Origin: Dehalococcoidia bacterium
Lineage (GTDB): Bacteria; Chloroflexota; Dehalococcoidia; WHTO01
Reading direction: 5' to 3'
Assembly (NCBI GenBank): GCA_040902555.1
Contig: JBBDXC010000001.1
Location: 150,662 to 214,661, forward strand
Length of the DNA stretch: 64,000 nt
The notes beneath the pieces are model-generated. The model did not search any database. It saw only the letters and a list, made by a program, of their open reading frames with translations, and was not told the origin of the DNA. Position 1 is the first letter of the stretch. Every line of letters begins with the position of its first letter. The translations under genes were made by a program, and so were the position numbers. This document shows positions 38,892 through 47,179 of the stretch, piece after piece.

Positions 38892-39449
38892 CTAGACCCT
38901 CGTCAGGTACTGGCCGGTCCGGGTGTCGACCTTGACCCGTTCGCCGGGGTTGAGGAAGAGGGGGACCTGGACGACGAGGCCGCTTTCGAGGGTGGCCGGT
39001 TTGGTGCCGCCCTGGGCCGTGTCGCCTTTGAAGCCGGGGTCCGTCTTGACGATGTTCATCTCGACCGCGGCGGGGAGCTCGATGCCGATGGGGTTGCCCT
39101 CGTAGGAGATGACCTCGCAGTCGAGGTTCTCGGTCAGGTAGGGGAGCGCGTCCTCGAGCTGGTCGCGGGTCAGGGCTGTCTGGTCGAAGCTCTGGGTGTC
39201 CATGAAGTGGTAGAGGCCGTCGGACTCGTAGAGGAACTGCATCGGGCGCTTCTCGATGCGGGCGCGGGTAAAGCGCTCGCTGGCCTGGAAGCTGCGGTCG
39301 ATGATGTGGCCGCCCTTGACGTCCTTGAGCTTGAGGCGGATCTGGGCGCTGCCGCGCCCGGTTTTGTGGTGGCTGAAGTCGATGACGCGGTAGAGCACAT
39401 CGTCGATTTCGACGGTCACTCCTTTGCGGACTTCACCTGCTCCGATCAT
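38892..39449 (-). CDS. efp: Elongation factor P.
   Basis: KTGRGSAQIRLKLKDVKGG: EF-P KOW and loop region. Confidence 0.95.
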   Translation of the reverse strand: MIGAGEVRKGVTVEIDDVLYRVIDFSHHKTGRGSAQIRLKLKDVKGGHIIDRSFQASERFTRARIEKRPMQFLYESDGLYHFMDTQSFDQTALTRDQLEDALPYLTENLDCEVISYEGNPIGIELPAAVEMNIVKTDPGFKGDTAQGGTKPATLESGLVVQVPLFLNPGERVKVDTRTGQYLTRV

Positions 39450-39729
39450 GGGTTTCCTTTCGGTGTCTTGTGTCGGCCGAGTACGAGGTGAGCGTTGTTT
39501 CGGGGGTTCCGAGGCGCTGCCACCCTTACGTCCGTGTAGTTGCCGGTCTCAGACCGGCCGTCGGTGCGTTTTCGCCGGACGTTTGCACCGACGGGAAGGA
39601 CGACCGATGCCATCAAGACGGTGGCACCCGCATCGGGAGCGCCCGGATGGATTTGGATGGGGCGACGGCGGGTCTGAGACCCGCGAGTACACGGGCTAAG
39701 TCTCGTCTGCCCCAAGTGTCCCGCGGCCC

Positions 39730-40851
39730 TCATGCGGCGAAGGAGAGTTTTGGGGCGTGGGACATAATTCTGGTCTTGCCGTTCTCGATTACGGCCTGGT
39801 CTTCGATGCGCACCCCTCCCCAGCCCGGCAGATAGATTCCGGGCTCGACCGTGAAGACGTGGCCCTCCTCCATCGTGTCCTTCGACGTTCGGGCGAGGCG
39901 GGGCATCTCGTGGATCTGCAGGCCGACGCCGTGGCCGAGACCGTGGCCGAAGTTGTCGCCGTAGCCGGCCTCCTCGATGACGTTGTGGGCGATCATGTGC
40001 GCCGGCTCGCCGCCGGTGCCGGCCTCGATCAGCTCCTCAGCTGTTAGCTGGGCGGACAAGACGATGCTGTAGATCTCTTTGAACTTGTCGTCGGGTTTGC
40101 CGAGGAAGATCGTTCGGGTCAGGTCGGAGCAGTAACCGTTGTGGCGGACGCCCATGTCGATGACGACCATGTCGCCCTTCTGCAGGACATAATCGCGGGG
40201 CTGGGCGTGGGGCATGGCCCCCCAGGGGCCGCCAGCCACAATCGTCTCGAACGAGAGGTCTTCGGCGCCGTTTTCACGGATGTGCTTCTGGATCTCCCAG
40301 GCCGCCTGCTTCTCGGTCCAGCCGGGCTCGATGCGCTCTGACACCGCGACAAAGGCTCGGTCGCCGAGGTCGACCGCCTCCTGGACGGCGGCGATCTCGG
40401 CCGCGTCTTTGATGCTGCGCAGTTGCTCGATGAAGGGTGGGGCCGAGAGGAGCTTAGGCTGGTCGTCCTTGGGCAGCTCCTTGATTGCCTTGTTCATGGC
40501 CTGGAACTGGGCGACGCTGACGTCCGCGGGCTGGAAGCCGATACGCTTGCCGGTTACCCCGGATTCGCCGAGCAGCTTTGGGTACCAATCCTTCCAGGCG
40601 CCCTCGACCTTGAAGAGCGTGTAATCGGGGGCCTCGCGCTCGGCCTGTTCCCAGTAGCGGAAGTCGACGGCGATGAAGGCGTCGTCGCGGGTAATCAGCA
40701 AGTTGCCGAGGGAGCCGCTGAAGCCCGACATGTAGCGGCGGTTAGCACTGAGTTGGCGGTCGTTGGCCTCGGCGGGCGCGGTCACCCAGAAGGCGTCGAG
40801 CTTGGCCTCTTCCATCTTGGCGCGAAGCTTTGCGATGCGTTCTTTGGTCAA
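39730..40851 (-). CDS. pepP: Xaa-Pro aminopeptidase (M24B).
   Basis: M24 pita-bread catalytic residues (…DMGVRHNGYCSDLTRT…HGLGHGVGLQIHE…). Confidence 0.85.
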   Translation of the reverse strand: MTKERIAKLRAKMEEAKLDAFWVTAPAEANDRQLSANRRYMSGFSGSLGNLLITRDDAFIAVDFRYWEQAEREAPDYTLFKVEGAWKDWYPKLLGESGVTGKRIGFQPADVSVAQFQAMNKAIKELPKDDQPKLLSAPPFIEQLRSIKDAAEIAAVQEAVDLGDRAFVAVSERIEPGWTEKQAAWEIQKHIRENGAEDLSFETIVAGGPWGAMPHAQPRDYVLQKGDMVVIDMGVRHNGYCSDLTRTIFLGKPDDKFKEIYSIVLSAQLTAEELIEAGTGGEPAHMIAHNVIEEAGYGDNFGHGLGHGVGLQIHEMPRLARTSKDTMEEGHVFTVEPGIYLPGWGGVRIEDQAVIENGKTRIMSHAPKLSFAA

Positions 40852-41291
40852 GCGGTATCGTCCTTCCGGATGAGGGGGATCAGGGTGTCTACAGCTTCAA
40901 GATAGCCCTGCCAGCCCTTACCCGTGATCAGGGCGCGGGCAGCGGTGGCGGTGATGAAGGAGTGGCGGAAGGGCTCGCGCGTAGCCGGATCGGAGATGTG
41001 GACCTCGACTACGGGCAGGTTGGTGTCGGCCAGGGCATCGCGGAGGGCGACGCTGTAGTGGGCGAGGCCGCCGGGGTTGATGATCACGCCGTCGGCGCCG
41101 GCGGACTCGGCCTGCAGCCAGTCGATCAGGGCGCCCTCGTGGTTGGACTGGAAGTCCCTGAGCTCGGCCCGGTCGCCGAGGCGCTCGCGGACGGCGGCGA
41201 CGACCTCGGCGAGGGTCGTGGTGCCGTAGACAGCGGGGTCGCGGCTACCCAATTTGTTGAGGTTGGGGCCGCTCAGGAGGAGGACGCGCAT
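40848..41291 (-). CDS. aroQ: Type II 3-dehydroquinate dehydratase.
   Basis: LLSGPNLNKLGSRDPAVYGTTTL…HISD: the AroQ family signature. Confidence 0.9.
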   Translation of the reverse strand: MRVLLLSGPNLNKLGSRDPAVYGTTTLAEVVAAVRERLGDRAELRDFQSNHEGALIDWLQAESAGADGVIINPGGLAHYSVALRDALADTNLPVVEVHISDPATREPFRHSFITATAARALITGKGWQGYLEAVDTLIPLIRKDDTA

Positions 41292-41813
41292 GGAACCTCG
41301 GGGGTTTGTGTGGTTGTTCTTTTGTTTGTTTGTTTTGCGGTTTCGTGAAGCTGGCGAGGGCGGGGTTCAGATTCGGCGGGGATTTGTTTGATTGTTTTGC
41401 TGTTTGCGGGTGGGGTGGTGGCGCGGGCGGTTGAGGAGGGATAGAGAGGCATGGGTTTAGAAGATACGTTCTAAGGGGGTATGGTGTCAATCCCCCGGGG
41501 GGTGCTGCCTGTTGGTTTCCGATAACCGGCGTTGTCGTCGTCGAAGGTTGGGGAGGGCTTTGCGGGCTTCGAATGGAATGTCGGCAGCGTGCGGGGGATT
41601 CGGGCGGTATGCGGGCGACGGTCCCCACCAGGGCACAGACCTCCCCTACAGGGGAGCCCCTACACCGATTTTCGGGCTTCGGTCCCGGGGCGTACGTCGT
41701 TTGCGAGGACCGTGCGCGGAAGCACAGGCCTCCCCTACAGAAACGGCCGGATCGCCGGTTTGGCCGGCAAGCAGCGGCGAAGCGGTGCGCTATGGGCCAG
41801 AGGTTTGGACGGG

Positions 41814-43754
41814 TCAGGGGATGCTGGTTACGGTTTCGCAGCCAGCGGCGGCTTCGCCGCCGAGGAAGCTGTCGGGGTTGGCGCCGCCGTGGCACTTATC
41901 GTTGGCGCCGTTCTCGCCGGCAAGCCTGTCCTGCCCGGGGCCGCCGAGGAGGGTGTCATTGGCGTCGCCACCCTTGAGCCTGTCGTTGCCGAGCCTACCC
42001 TCGATTTTGTTGATCGCCGTTGAACCGGTGATCTTGTCGTTGCCGTCGCCGGCGCGGACCCGCTCAACCGAGATGAGGCGGACACCGGCGCCCTCGCCGC
42101 TGGCGGCGCCCGTGGCCAGATTTATGACGCGGCCGAGGTCCCCTGTGAATAGGGCGGTGTCGGTGCCGGCGCCGCCATTGATGGTGTCCTGGCCGGCGCC
42201 GCCGTTGATTGTGTCGTTGCCGGTCCCGGAGCAGATGAGGTCGTTGCCGCCCTTGCCGTTGATCGTGTCGGCACCGCTGAGGCCGAGGATGACATCGACT
42301 CCCGGCGTGCCATTGAGCACGTTGGCGGCGTTGTCGCCGGCGATGGTCTCCGGTTTGCCCTGGCAGAAGCGTGCTTCGAAGGCGCCGATGTCGCAGCTAT
42401 TGCCCTGTGGCCGGGGGATGCCGCGCTGGTCGCGCTTGTTGACCGTGTTCATATCGTCGCACGTTGTGTCATCGCCCTTGTTGAGCGCGGGGCTGCCCGC
42501 CAGCAGGGCATGGGTTAGCGTGGGACCGCCGTTGTCCTGTAAGGGCCCAAGCAGCGGGTCGGTGGAGGGCTGGTCACTGAGCTGATCGAGGTTGCAGGTG
42601 CCATCGCCGTCGATGTTGTTGCCCGCGGAGATGATGTTTCCTTCGCAGTCATCGAAGGTCTTCTGGTCAGTCCCGTCGACGATCGTGTTGCGCAGCGTCA
42701 TGCTGGAATTGCCCGCGAACAATTCTGTTTTGCCATTGAGACGGATGGTGCTGTTGGTGACGGTGGCTGTGCCGCCGCTCAGCCCTATGGCCCCTGCGTT
42801 GCTGCTGCTATTCATGCTGAGCGTGCTGTTAACGACGGTCAGCACTCCGGTATCTGTCTCGACGGCTCCGTTGCTGGCGGACGCAACGTTGTTTGTGAAA
42901 AGGCTCTGGATGATGTCGAACGACGCGCCGTTGTTGAAGATGCCGCCGGCGCTGTGGGCGTTGTTGTCGGCAATGGTGCTGCGGACCAGGTCAACGCTGC
43001 CGAGGGCGCCGTCGTTGTAGATGGCGCCCCCGTCCGCGGCGTCATCGTTTGCTGAAGCCGGCCCGTTGGAGACGATCGCCGAGGCGGTGATCCTCAACGT
43101 GCCCAGGTTGTAGATGCCACCGCCCCTCGGGTCGGAGAAGCTTTCGTCGGTGCCGACGTTGTCTGCGATCAGGCTGTTCATGATTGTCAGGTTGCCGGTG
43201 TTGTTGTTGTGAATGCCGGCACCGTCGTTAGCGGTCGCGTTATCCCTTACGGCGACGTTGTCGAGGGTCAGGAAGCCGGAGTTCCGCAGCCCGCCGCCGA
43301 GGTCGACGTCGTAGCCATTCTGAATGGTGAGGTTGGACATGGTGACTACCGAGGTGCCGATGGCAAAGAGACGGCTGGCATCGCCGCCGTCGATCAGCGT
43401 GATGTCCCGTCCGGCGCCGACGATGTTCAGGCTGCTGTCGGGAATCGTAATCTGGCCGTTATCCACAGTAAACGTGTCGGGGCCGGGCGCGCCGAGGTCG
43501 GGGATGACGATGTCGTCCGGGCTGCCGCTGACGTTGAGGGCAGTGGCGATCGCCCCGCGTAGCGAACAGTCGTTGGCCACGTTGTCGAAACAGTCATCCG
43601 GCACCGGTGCGATGGGGTCGTCGGTCCGATCGACCGTGTAGACGGCGGCGAGAACCCTCTCAGGCTGCGACAGCTGAAGCCCGAGGAGGAGCGCCAAAGC
43701 GACAACGCCAAGAAGTGACAGGCCCAGCCTCGAGAGTCGCAGCGGACGGTTCAT
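41814..43754 (-). CDS. Secreted right-handed beta-helix (Pmp/GGAI-repeat) protein with CSLREA-like N-terminal cap and RTX-type calcium-binding C-terminal module. Paralog 1 of 3.
   Basis: Signal peptide. CSLRGAIATALN cap. GGGIYN/GGAIYN Pmp-like repeats. C-terminal GGxGxD nonapeptides ending …CETVTSIP. Confidence 0.7.
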   Translation of the reverse strand: MNRPLRLSRLGLSLLGVVALALLLGLQLSQPERVLAAVYTVDRTDDPIAPVPDDCFDNVANDCSLRGAIATALNVSGSPDDIVIPDLGAPGPDTFTVDNGQITIPDSSLNIVGAGRDITLIDGGDASRLFAIGTSVVTMSNLTIQNGYDVDLGGGLRNSGFLTLDNVAVRDNATANDGAGIHNNNTGNLTIMNSLIADNVGTDESFSDPRGGGIYNLGTLRITASAIVSNGPASANDDAADGGAIYNDGALGSVDLVRSTIADNNAHSAGGIFNNGASFDIIQSLFTNNVASASNGAVETDTGVLTVVNSTLSMNSSSNAGAIGLSGGTATVTNSTIRLNGKTELFAGNSSMTLRNTIVDGTDQKTFDDCEGNIISAGNNIDGDGTCNLDQLSDQPSTDPLLGPLQDNGGPTLTHALLAGSPALNKGDDTTCDDMNTVNKRDQRGIPRPQGNSCDIGAFEARFCQGKPETIAGDNAANVLNGTPGVDVILGLSGADTINGKGGNDLICSGTGNDTINGGAGQDTINGGAGTDTALFTGDLGRVINLATGAASGEGAGVRLISVERVRAGDGNDKITGSTAINKIEGRLGNDRLKGGDANDTLLGGPGQDRLAGENGANDKCHGGANPDSFLGGEAAAGCETVTSIP

Positions 43755-43756
43755 CG

Positions 43757-46700
43757 TTACGGGATGCTCGTGACGACTTCGCAGCCGGCGCTAACGGCGG
43801 AGCCGCCGATGAACGTGTCGGGGTTGGCGCCGCCGTGGCATTTGTCGTTGGCGCCGTTCTCGCCGGCGAGCTTGTCCTGGCCGGGGCCGCCGAAAAGCTT
43901 GTCATTGGCGTCGCCGCCCCTGAGCCTGTCGTTGCCGAGCATGCCTTCGAGCCTGTTGATTGCCGTTGATCCCGTGATCTTGTCATTGCCGTCGCCGGCG
44001 CGGACGTGCTCGATAGAGGTGAGGCGCACCCCGACGCCCTCACCCGAGGCCGCTCCGGTGGCGAGGTTGATGGTGCGTGCCAGGGTTCCCGGGAACAGGG
44101 CTGTGTCAGGGCCGCCGCCGCCATGGATGGTGTCCTGGCCAGGGCCGCCGTCGATCCTGTCGGCCCCACCCTCGCCGAAGATCTGGTCGCCACCCGCACC
44201 GCCATTGATGATGTCGTTGCCTGCGCGGCCGCAGATCAGGTCCTGGCCGCCCGCACCGTTGATCGTTTCCCCGGCGGCTGTCCCGACGATGACGTCGGCG
44301 CCGTTGGTGCCTTGAATTAGACCGTCGGTATCCTGCCAGATCGTGGCCTTCTGACCGCCGCAGCTGGGGCGGTTGTCGCTGCCGTCGCAGGCGTTGCCGG
44401 CGCCATCCTGGTCGACGTCCTCCTGCCCGGGATTGGCGTTTTCCGGGCAGTTGTCCTGCTCGTCGAGGATGGTGTCGCTGTCGTGGTCGGTCTCCGGGCA
44501 ACCGTCGCCGTCGCCGACGCCGTCGAGGTCTTCAGGCACCAGGGGGCAGGCGTCGTTCTGGTCCTCGACCAGGTCCGCATCGGCGTCGGTTTCGGGGCAG
44601 CCGTCCGTGTCCTCGACGCCGTCGAGGTCTTCGGGCGTGTCGGGGCAGCCGTCGCTGCCATTGGCGATCCCATCGCCGTCCCTGTCCGGGTCGCAGGCGT
44701 CGCCCGCTCCGTCGCCGTCATTGTCCTCCTGGCCGGCGTTGGCTGTGGTTGGACAGTTGTCGGCGGGTGCAACCTGGCAGTCGGAGGGGCCGTCCGTGGC
44801 TGCGCCCGGGTTGCAGATGCCGTCGCCGTCAGCGTCGACCTGGAGCGCGGAGCAGCCGCTGGCGTCGACTGTGGCCCCTGAGGCCGTGTTCGGGCAGAGG
44901 TCGACCCCGTCGTCAACGTCGTCACCATCGGCGTCCGTAATCGGCGTGATCGTGACCTCGTCGTAGTCGTCCTCGGTGGTGACGCCGTTATTGGGAATGG
45001 AGTCAGGGTCCCAGCGGTCGTTGGCGGTGACTTCAGCCGTGTTGGTGACATCGGAAAGCGTATCTACGGTGGCCACTATCGAGAGAGTGGGCGCAGTCCC
45101 CTGCAGCACCTGACCCACGGTCCAGACGCCGTTGCCCGGGTTGTAGGTGCCCTGAGCAGCGGCGTGCGATACGTAGGTCAGCCCGGCAGGAAGCAAGTCC
45201 GTGACCGTCACGTTCTCTGCTTCATCTGTGCTGTTGGCCTGGTTGTGCGTGAGCGTCAGTGTGAAGGTGATGCTCTGGCCCTCGGTGGGCGTCGAGTCGG
45301 TCACTTCTTTATCAAGCTCCAGGTCGGCCCTCGTGCCGGTGATGAATGTGCATGCGGAAAACTCGGAGGTGTTACCGGTGGGGTCGGTGGCTGTGGCGGT
45401 AACGCCTTCTCCGGGCGTCAGAGGCGCGTTGGTGAGGAAGCTGTCTGTACCGCTGGCTGGATAACTGCCATCCGCGTCGGTAAGAACCGTCAGAGTTTTG
45501 ATCAGGGTCTCGCCTTCGCCGAAGGCAGGCGCCACGTTGCAAACTCCGACGAAGAAATCGAGGTCATAGCTCTTGTTCGGCTCGCTCTGCAGGCTGAAGG
45601 TCACGGTTGTGGCTGTACCGGTACTGGCGGCGGTTGCTATGTCCGGGAAATTCTGCAGGTTGTTGGGGCCGCCATCGCTGTCGTTGTTGACGTCGGCGTC
45701 GTTGTTGGTCACGCCGTTATCGGCGAGGTCGATGCCAAGGCCCAGGTTGCCGAAGATGGAGTTTCCGCGGATCCTGTTGTTCGTCGCTAGATCCGAAGGC
45801 GTGTTACCGACGAGCACTGCGTCGCCCTGGTTCCCCTGGATCCGGTTGCACGCCCCGGTGCAGCCATCCTCCGGGGTCAAGCCAGTCGTGCCCCCGATCG
45901 TGTTGTCGTGGGCGCCGTTACCGATGAAAACACCCAAGCCGTTGCCGCCCACGTTCCCACCGCCGGCGGCGGGGCCGATGTAGTTGCCCTGGATCGTATT
46001 GTTCTTGGTCTGCAGGCCGGACAACTGAACGCCGTCGCCGGTGTTGCCTGAAATCACGTTACGCGCGGCGGGGGTGGTCCCGCCGACGGTTGTCCCGCTG
46101 GTCTCGAAGTTGGAGCCCGCCGGCGAAATCGCAATGCCCACGAGGTTGGCGATGGCCGCGGTACCGTTGACGTCGACGCCGATGAAGTTGCCGGCGATTA
46201 CAGCGCTGTTTGGACCGATGCTGGTCCCCTGCACCGCGATGCCGATGCTGCCGTTACCGGAGATCAGGTTGCAGGAACCGCTGCAGGGTCCATCGGGGTC
46301 GGTACCGGTTTCGCCGCCAATTTGGTTACTGGGCGACTGGATCAAGATCCCGCGGCCGCCGTTGCCGAGGTCCGCGATGCCGTCTTTGTCGGTGCCGATA
46401 TAGTTGCCCCTGACGAAGTGCCCACCCGAGCCGGTGAGTATGATGGCATCCTCTGTGTTGCCTGAGATAACGTTGCGGTCGGCGGCGGTTGTACCTCCGA
46501 TAATGTTCCCTGTCGAACCGGTTTGAACAACAATCCCGAGTGAACCAGCGTTGCCGACGGCAGTCCCGGTGGCGTCCGTCCCGATGTAGTTGCCGGCGAT
46601 GATGTTGCTGCCATTGGTGGCGATGTTGAGCCCCGCGCCGGCAGAGTGGTTGATGACCAGGCCACCTATCGTGCTGCCGCCGGCTGTGATAAACAGGCCG

Positions 46701-47152
46701 CGGTCGATGACGATGATCGGTGAGCCGGCGAAGTCGGGTTCGCTGGTCCCGTCGATGCGGATGGACTGAGTAATTTGAGGGAGGTCCGTACCGAGCGTGA
46801 TCGCGTAGGGCGGCGCTCCGCTCAGGTCGAAGTTGATGATATCGACGTCTGCAGTGCCGGCGTTGGCCTCCTGGATGGCGGCGCGCAGCGTACAGGCGCC
46901 GGCGCCGGTGTCGCAGATGTCGTCGTTTAAGTTGGCGTCCGCCCCATCGCCGGTGCTGTTGACGACGAACGGCGCGTGGTTGGCGCTGGCGGCGGGGACT
47001 TCGCTGCTGACCACAGCCAGGGACAGGGCAATGAGCGCCGCCAAGGTTGAGAAGAAGCCCACCGGCCTTGAGATCAGCGCCACTGCACCACCATCGGCCC
47101 CGGACGGGAACCGTAATGCCCGCAGCTTATGTCTGCTACAGCACTGAGTCAA
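43757..47152 (-). CDS. Giant secreted beta-helix/DUF11/thrombospondin-type-3-repeat protein with the same RTX-type C-terminal module. Paralog 2.
   Basis: CTLRAAIQEAN cap. Beta-helix repeats. DUF11-like domain (LELDKEVTDSTPTEGQSITFTLTLTHN…). TSP3-like DxDxDGxxDxxDNCP repeats. C-terminus …CEVVTSIP. Stop lies only 2 nt before the paralog 1 ATG. Confidence 0.7.
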   Translation of the reverse strand: MTQCCSRHKLRALRFPSGADGGAVALISRPVGFFSTLAALIALSLAVVSSEVPAASANHAPFVVNSTGDGADANLNDDICDTGAGACTLRAAIQEANAGTADVDIINFDLSGAPPYAITLGTDLPQITQSIRIDGTSEPDFAGSPIIVIDRGLFITAGGSTIGGLVINHSAGAGLNIATNGSNIIAGNYIGTDATGTAVGNAGSLGIVVQTGSTGNIIGGTTAADRNVISGNTEDAIILTGSGGHFVRGNYIGTDKDGIADLGNGGRGILIQSPSNQIGGETGTDPDGPCSGSCNLISGNGSIGIAVQGTSIGPNSAVIAGNFIGVDVNGTAAIANLVGIAISPAGSNFETSGTTVGGTTPAARNVISGNTGDGVQLSGLQTKNNTIQGNYIGPAAGGGNVGGNGLGVFIGNGAHDNTIGGTTGLTPEDGCTGACNRIQGNQGDAVLVGNTPSDLATNNRIRGNSIFGNLGLGIDLADNGVTNNDADVNNDSDGGPNNLQNFPDIATAASTGTATTVTFSLQSEPNKSYDLDFFVGVCNVAPAFGEGETLIKTLTVLTDADGSYPASGTDSFLTNAPLTPGEGVTATATDPTGNTSEFSACTFITGTRADLELDKEVTDSTPTEGQSITFTLTLTHNQANSTDEAENVTVTDLLPAGLTYVSHAAAQGTYNPGNGVWTVGQVLQGTAPTLSIVATVDTLSDVTNTAEVTANDRWDPDSIPNNGVTTEDDYDEVTITPITDADGDDVDDGVDLCPNTASGATVDASGCSALQVDADGDGICNPGAATDGPSDCQVAPADNCPTTANAGQEDNDGDGAGDACDPDRDGDGIANGSDGCPDTPEDLDGVEDTDGCPETDADADLVEDQNDACPLVPEDLDGVGDGDGCPETDHDSDTILDEQDNCPENANPGQEDVDQDGAGNACDGSDNRPSCGGQKATIWQDTDGLIQGTNGADVIVGTAAGETINGAGGQDLICGRAGNDIINGGAGGDQIFGEGGADRIDGGPGQDTIHGGGGPDTALFPGTLARTINLATGAASGEGVGVRLTSIEHVRAGDGNDKITGSTAINRLEGMLGNDRLRGGDANDKLFGGPGQDKLAGENGANDKCHGGANPDTFIGGSAVSAGCEVVTSIP

Positions 47153-47179
47153 GGATGCGCAGCGACTAACCGGCGTCCG

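Noticed and set aside
41512-42585. 357-aa plus-strand ORF.
   Set aside because: Antisense to giant-protein paralog 1, with no independent support.
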